The notes under the pieces were generated by a model, which worked only from the letters and a program-made list of their open reading frames with translations, was not told where the DNA came from and did not search any database. From an uncultured Nitrososphaerota archaeon (GTDB lineage Archaea; Thermoproteota; EX4484-205; JAAOZP01), in assembly GCA_964416155.1 (NCBI GenBank), contig CAYQCW010000010.1, forward strand, positions 1 through 64,000: a stretch of DNA of 64,000 bases, given 5' to 3'. Each line of letters opens with the position of its first letter. The first letter of the stretch is position 1. Shown here in pieces: positions 1-9,443 of the stretch. The translations under genes and the position numbers were made by a program.

Positions 1-205
1 GGAGAATGATGGATTTAAGCCTATAGCCTGCTGAGGGCGGGGTAAACCTGACCATGACAGCGTAAGGATAGAAATCGCTCCAACCATAGTCAGCGTTGCC
101 ATCGTCGTAGGAAAGCTCGAAAGGGGAAGCATGAGCCTTCAGGGGGCTCAGGAAGAGGGTTGAGGATAAAGCTAGGGTCAGAACAAGCACAACGGTCCTA
201 ACCAT
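1..205 (-). CDS. secreted/surface protein, 5' part (runs off left edge)
   Basis: Manual translation from ATG at 205 gives MVRTVVLVLTLALSSTLFLSPLKAHASPFELSYDDGNADYGWSDFYPYAVMVRFTPPS..., open to the window edge. It has a signal peptide with an AHA cleavage site and a TATA-like box about 25-30 nt upstream. Confidence 0.75.
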   Translation of the reverse strand, partial: MVRTVVLVLTLALSSTLFLSPLKAHASPFELSYDDGNADYGWSDFYPYAVMVRFTPPSAGYRLKSIIL

Positions 206-340
206 GGCTGGAGTATTAAGGGTTAAGGTTTTAAATAAGTTTTTCGAATACGCGAATATTCCCATCCTCCTAAATGTAAGACGTTTAAAAGCACCAATAT
301 TGCATAATCCTTAGCGCACGCTATCTGCGTCTATGGTTGA

Positions 341-780
341 ATGCACGAACGCAAACTTTTAACTGCAATCGGAAGGTATTTCAGAAAGAGTATTAGAGTT
401 GAACGAAGAAATAGTTGGAAGACGGTTCACGAATATCTTAAAAGAAAGTAATCCGCTGAGAGTGACGAAGAGCGAATTCAACTTGTGTCTGAACTTAGGG
501 CATACTTAAATGGGGTTATAGGGCAACGAATAATGGAAACTTGAAATTATGGTGTGCTATTTGGATTGGCTCTTTGTCGCATGAAGAAACGCTACTTGAA
601 ATAAAAGGAATAATGGAAATTTTAAAAGGACTGAGAGAAATAATTGAAGACCTCGAAGAACGCGTAAAAAGACTAGTTAAATCACAAGAAATAACAATTA
701 TAGGATTCGACACAAATTTATGGAAGGTAAAAATATTAGGATCAGAAAAAACCACTGTACAATTGACAAAATCCTCCTAG
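341..780 (+). pseudogene. degenerate AT-rich ORF fragments, unknown function
   Basis: Coding-like purine-rich frames interrupted by stops (MHERKLL...LKRK*SAESDEERIQLV..., then ORF 541-780 with a coiled-coil-like segment). Confidence 0.3.
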
Positions 781-1133
781 TAGGTATAAAGGTATTAAAA
801 TATCACCATTTGCATGTGTGGCCAAGGATATTTTAGAGATTACCTTAAAATGAGGCACCATCTTGGAACTCAGTTTACTTCCATCCGAGGTAATCGAATA
901 AATACATTTGATTTCTCTAAGGCTATCATCCCAGTGAGTTGTGGTGGTGGGCAAACAAGTTTCATCAGAATATTTCTTGCCAATTCTTTATTCTTTTTTG
1001 TTCCAGTTAGCATCTTTGCTATATTCTCCGCTAAATCTAACTCTTTTTCTGATAGAACATCCTTCGCTAAGGATATTATTTCTTCCGGGGCTTGTATTTT
1101 GATTTAGGGCAGGTTTTTACATTCATTCTAAGT

Positions 1134-1394
1134 TTACCCCATTCTACAATATCTCACCTTATACAAACTTTGTAGACTATTCTCATCTGGTTGCTTGTAT
1201 AAATAACTTAAAAAGGTAAGTAACCCACTTCGAGGTAATTTCTTTCTTGTTTCCACAGGAAAATATGGAGTAAGTAACCATACTTCGAATCCTTCTTTCA
1301 TTAATGCCTCCTGGGCTACCATTTCACCTATGTTGCCGATATACCTTCTAAATCGGCTTTTGTCAAATTTTACATTAAGATTCATCAACGTCAT
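1134..1394 (-). pseudogene. truncated PD-(D/E)XK nuclease-like ORF (YraN/Hjc-like N-terminal helix)
   Basis: GNIGEMVAQEALMKEGFEVW resembles the first helix of YraN/Hjc-type nucleases. No PD..(D/E)xK motif follows before the stop, and further coding-like fragments lie downstream (about 870-1100). Confidence 0.35.
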
Positions 1395-1436
1395 GCTCTT
1401 TAATGTCTTAGTCTTCTTAAAAGCTTTAATCTTTTT

Positions 1437-1588
1437 CTCATATATAGGATGTACGACCCGGATGTTGTCTCTTGCTTTTCGCTTCCGGTAAGCTGGTTTT
1501 GCACTGTGCGGTTAATGAGAAGATGGTTTACGACGCTGTGGAGAAACTCATGGCTGAGCTGATACAGAAAGGTCTTTTGATAAGATAG
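1437..1588 (+). pseudogene. C-terminal relic of TATA-binding protein
   Basis: With small frameshifts it reads LIYRMYDPDVV/LLFASGKLV/CT/AVNEKMVYDAVEKLMAELIQKGLLIR*, matching the TBP second-repeat signature LIYRM.DP.VV.LLF.SGK.V.TGA. Confidence 0.7.
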
Positions 1589-1681
1589 TTTAAACCGATT
1601 TTTGGGTTGAGTTATCTTCCGCTATACGGGTTATTACATCATCCATTTTCATCCTCTTCAGCTGTCTAATCGCCTCTAGTT

Positions 1682-1996
1682 TGTATGGCCGGCAAAGACA
1701 CGTGCTTTATTAAGGTGAATGGCGACGTAATTCCTTGTCCGGCATTCTATGATTTAAAAGATTGGCATGGCGGAAACATTGAGAAACAAAAACTAGAATA
1801 CATATGGAGAGACGATAAAACCTTTGACGAGTTAAGGAGGTTTGATTATGCTAATTTGAAGGGGATATGTGGCTCATGCTCGCATGTTAACAAGTGTCAA
1901 GGCCGGTGTCCAGCAGCAAGAGCTAGAGCATATAACAATATAAAAACCGGACCAGATCCGGCATGCCCTGCAGAATATTTTCAAATTCATGCTTAA
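1682..1996 (+). pseudogene. isolated SPASM (4Fe-4S) domain, remnant of a radical SAM/SPASM gene
   Basis: C-M-A-G...GDVIPC...GNI...CGSCSHVNKCQGRCPA...DPACP. An in-frame TAA at 1667-1669 and no CxxxCxxC radical SAM core upstream. Confidence 0.7.
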
Positions 1997-2253
1997 GTTA
2001 AATTGAAAGGCTACAGACTAATTTTCCACTCGCAAAAAGCAAGATCACGACATCAGGGTCGTGCATTCTGTAAATGTCCTATTATTGCTACAGTGCTTTT
2101 CGCCTTCGGGATCTTGGCTTAAAGGCTTGATACTTCTGAACGCTATGGAAAGAGAAGCTATGGCCTTGGTTTTTTAAGCCAAGTTGGTCATGTCGGGAAG
2201 GCTGATGCCGGAAAACTCTATGGCCACACCCACAAGCCTATTTTGATTTTCAC

Positions 2254-4653
2254 TCACTCGTCCGGGTCAGGAAGATCCCAGTCTGGGTCAGTTTTAACCT
2301 GACCTAAGGCTTTCTCAAGCATAATCCTCTGCTCGACGCTAGCAACAAGCTTACGGGTGAAAACCGCAGCGTCAGGATTAATAGAGATGGAGTCGATGCC
2401 TGCCCTCACGAGAAACTCGCAGAACTCACTATATTGGGAAGGTGCCTGTCCGCATATGGAAACAGTCTTCCCGTCGCGGTGTGCTAATTTTATTAAATAT
2501 TTAATTGTTCTTTTAACCGCTAGGTCCCTCTCGTCGAAGATTTTCGCAACCGTCTCATTGTCCCTGTCTGCCCCGAGTACCAGCATAGTAAGATCATTGC
2601 TTCCTATCGAATAACCATCTATATATTTGTTGAACTTGTCTGCTATCAGGACGTTTGAGGGTATCTCCGCCATGAGCCAGAGTTTGAAGTCTGGTCCTCT
2701 TTCTAATCCTTCCTCCTCCATGATTTTTACGACTTTCTCTATTTCGCCTATTGTTCTGCAGAAGGGTATCATGACCCACAGGTTTTTCAAGCCGTATTCC
2801 TCTCTAACCTTCTTTATTGCTCTCAGCTCGAGTCTGAATGCTGGAAGGTACTTGGGGTCGTAGTATCTTGACGCGCCTCTCCATCCTAGTAGCGCGCTGG
2901 GCTCAACTGGCTCATACTTGTCTCCTCCTTTGAGGTCTCTGTACTCGCTTGATTTAAAGTCGACTAGACGCACAACGACGGGTCTCGGGTAGAATGCGGC
3001 GCAGACTTTTCTCATGCCTTCGGCGAGCTTGTCGACGAGCTTCTCTGGCTGTCCTGTTTCGATTAGGTGTAGGGGGTGTTCGTTGACTTCGGCTGCGTAC
3101 GTGAATTCGAGTCTCATTAATCCTACTCCGTCGACGGGTAGTGCTGCGACCTTTTCAGCCAGCTCCGGCTCGCCCAGATTGACGAGGATTTTTGTTCCTG
3201 TCACCGGGTAGGATTCTGCGACTGCTGCCACCGCTACTTTCTCCTCCTTCTTTTTAACTGCTTCCTCCAATGCGCCTCTGTAGACTACTCCAAGCTTGGA
3301 GTCGACTGTTATGGTTTCGCCGTCTTTGATCGCTTCGGTCGCGGGCTTTCCTTTGCTTGCTGTTCCGACTATGCATGGTATTCCGAGTTCGCGTGAGACT
3401 ATGGCCGCGTGTGCTGTCATGCCGCCTGAATTGCATACTATTGCTGCTGCTTTTCTCATTGCTGGTACCCATTCTGGTGCGGTCATTTCTGTTACTAGTA
3501 TTTCTCCTGGTTGGAATGTGTCTAGTTTGTCGACGCTCATTATTATGTGTGCTTTTCCTACTGCTAGTCCGGGTGATGCTGGTAGTCCTTGGCATATTAC
3601 TTCTTTTTCTTTGGTGACGGTGATGGTTTCTGCTGGTTTTTCTTCGACTGTTTTTAGTGCCCAGACTGTTTCTGGTCTTGCTTGGAGGATGTATAGTTTG
3701 TTGTCTCTTTCGTCTAGTGCCCATTCGATGTCCATTGGTTTTCCGTAGTGGTTTTCTATTTCTATTGCGTATGCTGCTAGTTCTTTTATCTGCTCGTCGC
3801 TGAGTATTTGCTTGTCTTGGAGTTCTTTGGGGACTTCTTTTTCCTCTGTTCCTCCGTTTGGTTTTCTCACGAGCATTTTGTCTTTAGAGTTTGAGATGTT
3901 TTTCCTGACTATTTGTAGGTCTGTTTTTCTGACGTAGTAGTCGTCTGGGGTGATTTTTCCTTGGACGACGTATTCTCCTAAGCCGTATCCTGCTTCTATC
4001 ATTACGACGCTTCGGTCTCCGTTGCTTACGTCTAGTGTGAATATTACTCCTGATGCTTTTGAGAAGACCATTAGTTGGACTGCTGCTGACAACGCGACTT
4101 TCATGTGTTCGAATCCTTTTTGGACGCGGTAGAATATTGCTCTGTCTGTGAAGAGGCTTGAGTAGCATTCTTTCACCTTGTCTACGACTTCCTCGGGTGT
4201 TGACACGTTTAGGTATGTTTCTTGTTGTCCTGCGAAGCTTGCGTCGGGGAGGTCTTCGGCTGTTGCTGAGGATCTTACTGCTACGAACGGGTTTTTCTGT
4301 TTGACTTCTTCCTCTAGTTGGGCGTAGTATTTTTTGATTTCGCTTTCTATTTCCGGGGGCATTTCCGCGTCTACGATGAGTTTTCTTATTCTTGCTCCTA
4401 CGCTTTGGAGGGTTTTGGTGTCGTTGGGGTCTTTCAGCTCGCTCAGGATGTCTGCTATTTTCTTTTCAAGCTTGTTGTACTGTATGAAGTACCTGTAGGC
4501 TTCCGCGGTTGTTGCGAACCCGTTTGGCACTGGTACGCCTGTTTTCCGGAGCATTTCTCCGAGGCTTGCCGACTTGCCTCCTACGAGGGGGACGTTTTCT
4601 ATGCCTATTTCGTTGAACCAGAGCACGTATTTTTTTGATTTCTCAGTTGTCAT
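2254..4653 (-). CDS. ppsA: phosphoenolpyruvate synthase (pyruvate, water dikinase)
   Basis: VGGKSASLGE, AVRSSATAEDLPDASFAGQQET, phospho-His motif GGMTAHAAIVSRE, SIGSNDL, ICGQAPS. Confidence 0.97.
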   Translation of the reverse strand: MTTEKSKKYVLWFNEIGIENVPLVGGKSASLGEMLRKTGVPVPNGFATTAEAYRYFIQYNKLEKKIADILSELKDPNDTKTLQSVGARIRKLIVDAEMPPEIESEIKKYYAQLEEEVKQKNPFVAVRSSATAEDLPDASFAGQQETYLNVSTPEEVVDKVKECYSSLFTDRAIFYRVQKGFEHMKVALSAAVQLMVFSKASGVIFTLDVSNGDRSVVMIEAGYGLGEYVVQGKITPDDYYVRKTDLQIVRKNISNSKDKMLVRKPNGGTEEKEVPKELQDKQILSDEQIKELAAYAIEIENHYGKPMDIEWALDERDNKLYILQARPETVWALKTVEEKPAETITVTKEKEVICQGLPASPGLAVGKAHIIMSVDKLDTFQPGEILVTEMTAPEWVPAMRKAAAIVCNSGGMTAHAAIVSRELGIPCIVGTASKGKPATEAIKDGETITVDSKLGVVYRGALEEAVKKKEEKVAVAAVAESYPVTGTKILVNLGEPELAEKVAALPVDGVGLMRLEFTYAAEVNEHPLHLIETGQPEKLVDKLAEGMRKVCAAFYPRPVVVRLVDFKSSEYRDLKGGDKYEPVEPSALLGWRGASRYYDPKYLPAFRLELRAIKKVREEYGLKNLWVMIPFCRTIGEIEKVVKIMEEEGLERGPDFKLWLMAEIPSNVLIADKFNKYIDGYSIGSNDLTMLVLGADRDNETVAKIFDERDLAVKRTIKYLIKLAHRDGKTVSICGQAPSQYSEFCEFLVRAGIDSISINPDAAVFTRKLVASVEQRIMLEKALGQVKTDPDWDLPDPDE

Positions 4654-5530
4654 CTTTCGCTGGGCTTGGAGGCTGATGGTGTATTTAAGGTTTTGGAGGG
4701 TGTTTAGGGTTTTTACGCGGGGTGTCTGCTTGCTTTCAGCGGGAGGGTTTTCGGCTTGATTTAGGCTGTTTGAGCAGGCTATGGGGCGTGCGGCATGCGT
4801 GGTGGATGTGTGGAGGGGGTTTACTTTTTTGGAGGGGTTGGGCGTGGGGACTGTTAGGGTTTTCCAGGTAGGGGTCTGGATTAGGGTTGCGGCTGGTCTC
4901 TGGAGGGCTGGTGGAATCGGGAGGCTTTTTCTAGACGTGTTTTCTTCTTTTTAAAAGCGGTATTGGTGTTATTATGGTTGGCAGGTTTTCTAAGGCTGTT
5001 GTCGTAGCCGCTGTAAGGTTTGTCTCCGTCCTCCGGCTTGCCTTGGGGGATGCTGGTGGGGTTACGGTGAACGAGTGGCTGGCTGTTCTTGGGGCGATAT
5101 GGTTGTTTTCAACCCGGTTTTTGGAAACATGGTTTGTGGGAAAAAGTCTTGGACACGGTTTGGAGATGTGGAGATGTTGCGAGCGGCGCGCGGGGTGAAC
5201 TGTGCTCCTCCTGTTGCGAATCCGGGTTTGCTGGATGCTTCCACTTTATACTCGTGTCTAAACTGTGCTACTGGGATGGTTGGAGTAGAAGCATAGTTTA
5301 CTTTTTAACCTCCCTCTTTGAGAAGGGGCTGCCTTTCCCCGAGCGTCCTTACGTAGTTGAATTGGATCCCCGGAAGCTATGGTTCTCGGTTTGCAGCACA
5401 GCAGCGGGCTGCGTGACACGGTTGAGATCAGGGAGGGTTTCAAGCGGTTTTTAAGCGGGGCAGCGGTGGATGGGGACTGGTGGATGTTGGGTGTTGGTGG
5501 TTTACCTGTTGACGGTTTCGTAAAGCTTAA

Positions 5531-5567
5531 TAGTTCCGGACCGGAACTAGGTTTTGAACCGGAACTT
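5531..5567. promoter_or_regulatory. perfect inverted repeat TAGTTCCGG-A-CCGGAACTA plus extra half-site; putative operator
   Basis: 9 bp arms at 5531-5539 and 5541-5549 directly after a TATA-like GCTTAATA. CCGGAACT recurs at 5559-5566. Confidence 0.4.
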
Positions 5568-5744
5568 TTCGACATTAGGCCGAAGTCTTTTCGAAGCGGC
5601 CTGTTCGACGGGGAGAATGGGCTTGGGTTTGACAGGGCTGTTGACCATGTTTAGCGCGCTTGGGAAGGCAGTCTTGTTTAGGCGTTTCTTGAGAAGGGTA
5701 TGTAAATCTTGCGGGGGCGCTGTTTTTTTTAAAAAAAATTATCA

Positions 5745-5758
5745 GTTACCCGGGTAAC
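5745..5758. promoter_or_regulatory. 14 bp palindrome GTTACCCGGGTAAC, putative operator
   Basis: Perfect palindrome 1 nt before the ATG at 5760, preceded by a T8A8 tract at 5723-5738. Confidence 0.4.
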
Positions 5759-5759
5759 C

Positions 5760-5911
5760 ATGTTGTTCGACCTTAGGCGTAAGAACGCCGTGGGGAGCTA
5801 TTCGGCAGGGGGGAGGAGTACCAGGAGCTTAAGCGTCTAATAGACTCGGGCTTATGGGTGGCTGTCGTTGGAAAAAGGATGACTGGTAAGACAAGCCTGC
5901 TTGTTCAATAG
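5760..5911 (+). pseudogene. N-terminal relic of an archaeal AAA-type ATPase (ATPase_2 family)
   Basis: With one frameshift: MLFDLRRK/ELFGRGEEYQELKRLIDSGLWVAVVGKRMTGKTSLLVQ*. Walker A (GxxxxGKT) is followed by a stop. Confidence 0.7.
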
Positions 5912-6046
5912 GGGGTACTGTAGGCACGAATGTTTCTCCTCCGATTTCTTTCATTCGATGCAGGGTTTTGAGTCATCTTTTTTCTCGGGTTCCAATGTCT
6001 TGATGGGTCGCGTCATATTTCCAGCCTGAGACTGATTGAGCGCGCC

Positions 6047-6142
6047 ATGAGGGTTTTAGGCGTCTCCGGATCTAACAGGAGGGAGGGTAATTCGTACCTT
6101 CTCTTAGAGAGATGTTTTGATAGAAATGTTGAAATGCATTAG
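6047..6142 (+). pseudogene. N-terminal relic of flavodoxin-like NADPH-dependent FMN reductase
   Basis: MRVLGVSGSNRREGNSYLLLERCFDRNVEMH* matches the family start M.VLGISGS.R..GN...LL. Only 31 aa. Confidence 0.55.
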
Positions 6143-6202
6143 TCGGATAGCGCTCTGACCATTCACCATTGAAAAATACTTATAAGAAAAGTATGATACG
6201 GA

Positions 6203-7438
6203 TTGGTGATGAAGAGGCTGGCGATTCACGGAGGCAACCCGGTTAGGACCAGACCGTTTCCCGCTAGGACTCCTTACGGGGGGGAGGAGGTAAAGGAGGC
6301 TACTGAAGCCATAATGTCTCAGAACCTGTTCATGTTCGGCGGGACGAAGGTCGTAAAGCTGGAGCAGGAATTCGCGAAGAAGTATGGGGTTAAATATGCT
6401 ATCGCATCCACATCCGGCACGTCTGCGGTTCACCTGGCGGTTGCCGCTTTAGACCTTGAACCCGGCAGCGAAATCATAACTGCGCCGGTGACCGACATGG
6501 GGACTATCATTGGAATCATTTACCAGGGTTGTATTCCCATATTTGCCGACTGGAAGGAGAACGCTTTCAACATGGATCCTGAGAATGTGGAGGGGAAGAT
6601 TACGGAGAAAACCAGGGCCATTATCGTCGTCCACCTTTTCGGCAATCCTTGCGACATGGATAAGATAATGGAGATCGCTGAGAGGCATGGGCTACCCGTT
6701 ATCGAGGACTGTTGTCAAGCGTATTGCACCTACTATAAGAATAGGCTGGTTGGGACAATAGGTGATGTCGGATGTTTCTCTATGCAGCAGTCGAAACATA
6801 TTGCTACTGGGGAAGGCGGGTTGACGATCACCAACAGTGACGAGTATGCGATGAGGGCGAGCCTTTTCAGGGATAAGGGGTGGGAGAGCCGGGGTAAATG
6901 GGGGCCGCGGGCCTATACCTTTCTGGGGATGAACTACCGGATGAACGAGTTGACTGCAGCAGTTGCCCTCGCGCAGCTGAGGAAAGTGGACAGGGTGGTG
7001 AAGAAGAGGCACGAGTTAGGGAGCTTGCTTTCTGAATTAATAAAGGACATGCCTGGGATAATTCCTGCGCCGGTAACTGAAGGAGGCTATCATTCTTACT
7101 GGGAGTATCCTTTTAAGATGGTTGGCTTTAACGCGGAGGAGTTCGTGAAAGCTCTTATCGGTGAAGGGATTCCCGCCAGTTACGGTTATACTGGGAAACC
7201 AATATACCTCTGCACGGAGGCGCTTACCAGAAAGAGGACCTTCGGCACCTCCGGCTATCCTTTCAACTCTCCCTACTACGGTAAGGAAATCGAGTATAAA
7301 GAGGGCCTTTGCCCTGTTGCCGAGGAAGAGTTGAAGCATGTTGGGGTGATCCCCGTGAATGAAAACTGGACGGAGGAAGACGTGAAAGACGTGGCGAGGG
7401 CGATGAGGAAAGTCTGGAGGTTTTTCAAAGGTGCGTGA
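6203..7438 (+). CDS. DegT/DnrJ/EryC1/StrS family PLP-dependent (amino-sugar) aminotransferase
   Basis: SGTSAVHLA, IIVVHLFG, VIEDCCQA, PLP lysine in FSMQQSKHIATGEGG, GMNYRMNE. Confidence 0.93.
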   Translation: MVMKRLAIHGGNPVRTRPFPARTPYGGEEVKEATEAIMSQNLFMFGGTKVVKLEQEFAKKYGVKYAIASTSGTSAVHLAVAALDLEPGSEIITAPVTDMGTIIGIIYQGCIPIFADWKENAFNMDPENVEGKITEKTRAIIVVHLFGNPCDMDKIMEIAERHGLPVIEDCCQAYCTYYKNRLVGTIGDVGCFSMQQSKHIATGEGGLTITNSDEYAMRASLFRDKGWESRGKWGPRAYTFLGMNYRMNELTAAVALAQLRKVDRVVKKRHELGSLLSELIKDMPGIIPAPVTEGGYHSYWEYPFKMVGFNAEEFVKALIGEGIPASYGYTGKPIYLCTEALTRKRTFGTSGYPFNSPYYGKEIEYKEGLCPVAEEELKHVGVIPVNENWTEEDVKDVARAMRKVWRFFKGA

Positions 7439-8741
7439 GTTCACCGTCGGGTTTGGGAGGGTTGAAATAACTCCTCCTTTAACCATCCCCTATCTCGGTT
7501 TTTGCCCTAAGCGGCACGCTTTTTTTAAGGGGGTGCACGACCCTTTATACGCGAGAAGCCTCTACGTTTCCTCAGGCGGAGAAGAAGCTGTAGTTATAAG
7601 TGCTGATGCCTTCGGATTCTCAAATTCAATACTTGGGGAGGAGAGAAATTTTACAGGGGAGGTTAGGGAGAAAATAAGTAGGAGAACCGGCATACCTTCA
7701 GCAAACATAATGCTGGCTTCAAGCCATATTCATTCCACTCCGGACACTTTAAACTTCAGGCCACTGGTAATCGAGGCTCCTTGTGCAAGCGAGTGGCTTG
7801 AAAAACTCCAGGAGCAAATCGCCCTTTCCGCAGAGACCGCGTGGAGGGAGAGATTCAAAGCATCGTTAAAAATCGGGAAAGGAAGGGCTAAGAATATTTC
7901 TTTAAATAGGAGGGGCGGGGATTTTTTAGATGAAGAGGTTATTGTTCTGGTTTTCGAATCCTCAGAGCGTGAAAAAATATTTCTGGTTAATTTCGCATGC
8001 CACCCGGTTATCGTTCAGGTTCAAGACCTGGTTTCCGCTGATTATGTGGGGGTCGTGGAAACCACTGTAGAGAATACTGTAGAGAATACGAAGGGATGCT
8101 TGTTTATTCAGGGTGCGTGTGGAGATATAAATCCTGTTTGCGGAACGAGCAATTTTAACGATGTTTATCTAATCGGCCTATCGATTGCTGGAGAAGTGAT
8201 GAGGATATATGGAAAGGCTGGTCTCTCTAAGCCGGATTACCCGGTGGAGCCAGTTGTTTTAAAAGCCAGTTCAATAGAGGTGAATTTTCCTTCGCGTCCC
8301 CTGCTTCTCCGTGAGGAAGTAGAAGCCTTAGTTAGAGAGGTGGAGAATAGAAAGAAGTTTTTAGAAGAGGCGGAATCTGAAGAAGACAGGCTTGAAATCC
8401 TGAGAAGAATCTGCATGATAGAGGAAATTTTAACTAGAGTAAAGGAGGGGGATGGGCCTTTCCTCGGAGAACTGCAGTTGATCCGTATGGGGAATGCTCT
8501 TTTATTCGGAATTCCAGGCGAGCCTTTTAACGAGCTAGGGGTGGAGGTTAAAAAAACGAGTAGGCCCTTCACAGGAATACCTGCCGGCTATACTAACGGT
8601 TATTTGGGCTATATTGCTCCTCCCTCAGCCTGGGAGAAAGGAGGTTATGAAGTAAGCTTTGGTCCATGGTCGAAAGTGGGACCGGATGCTTTCAATATAA
8701 TTATTGAAGCTTTTAAAAAATTGAAAGAGGCTGTGCAATAG
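7431..8741 (+). CDS. neutral/alkaline ceramidase-like metal-dependent amidohydrolase
   Basis: GFGRVEITP, HDPLYAR, SHIHSTP, NFACHP, SADYVG, QGACGDINP, GIPGEPF, GYTNGYLGY...GGYE. Overlaps the upstream stop. Confidence 0.8.
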   Translation: MREFTVGFGRVEITPPLTIPYLGFCPKRHAFFKGVHDPLYARSLYVSSGGEEAVVISADAFGFSNSILGEERNFTGEVREKISRRTGIPSANIMLASSHIHSTPDTLNFRPLVIEAPCASEWLEKLQEQIALSAETAWRERFKASLKIGKGRAKNISLNRRGGDFLDEEVIVLVFESSEREKIFLVNFACHPVIVQVQDLVSADYVGVVETTVENTVENTKGCLFIQGACGDINPVCGTSNFNDVYLIGLSIAGEVMRIYGKAGLSKPDYPVEPVVLKASSIEVNFPSRPLLLREEVEALVREVENRKKFLEEAESEEDRLEILRRICMIEEILTRVKEGDGPFLGELQLIRMGNALLFGIPGEPFNELGVEVKKTSRPFTGIPAGYTNGYLGYIAPPSAWEKGGYEVSFGPWSKVGPDAFNIIIEAFKKLKEAVQ

Positions 8742-8926
8742 GTTTAAAATTGCTGTCTGTTCTTTGAAAGAAGATTGAAAAGTAACGCACTGAGCGTGCT
8801 TCGAAAAATGAACCAAAACCTTTTTTAGCATGCAGAGAGAAATTTAATCTTAACGTGCGATAGAGATGCTTCGGGTCGGGGTGGCTTGAAGATGATTCTT
8901 TAGACGGCAGCGAGCAGGTTTTCAGG

Positions 8927-9322
8927 GTGACTGTTAACGAGCCGAAAAGGATAGTTGCGCGCTGGGATACTGAGTATGAGGTCACAGTGTATAGCGAGAC
9001 TGGAAGCACGGCGGGTTCAGGATGGTACGCGCTTGGAGAGACAGCAACCGTTTCAATATCTACAACTCAGACTGGGAAGGATTTCCTCACTAACCATGTT
9101 TTTGAAGGGTGGAGGATTGACGGAAACATTGTTTCAACCTCACCGACCTATTCTTTCGTTGTAGATAAGCCTGTCAAGCTGGTTGCAAGCTGGAGGACGG
9201 AGACAAATATTGTAGCTGTCGGCTTAATAGCGGGGGTTCCGCTGATAGTTGTCTTGCTAGCCGTCCTAATTGTTAGAAGAAGGCGTGCAGCACTGTCTCC
9301 TCCCCCGCCGCCTACGACGTAA
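8927..9322 (+). pseudogene. C-terminal fragment of a membrane-anchored surface protein (B-repeat/Ig-like module, TM helix, Pro tail)
   Basis: YEVTVYSETG...GSGWY..GETATVS...VFEGW...VDKPVKLVASWR, then a hydrophobic helix, RRRR and PPPPP. No signal peptide and a degraded upstream region. Confidence 0.55.
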
Positions 9323-9443
9323 AGATATTTAAAAGACCGTCTATCTGTTTTCAGACCATGCTTGAAAACGAGGATGTTAGAGGATTTTTCTCCCAGTAAC
9401 GTTTTTTAAAGGCTTTTTCAGAAGAAGAGGCCGGAGACGATAT

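Noticed and set aside
2113-2183. 11 bp inverted repeat CTTGGCTTAAA/TTTAAGCCAAG as a MITE
   Set aside because: Short, no target-site duplication or second copy seen.
4974-5757. Several overlapping 60-120 aa ORFs upstream of ppsA
   Set aside because: Compositions (W/C/G/V-rich) reflect the G/T skew; no family motifs.
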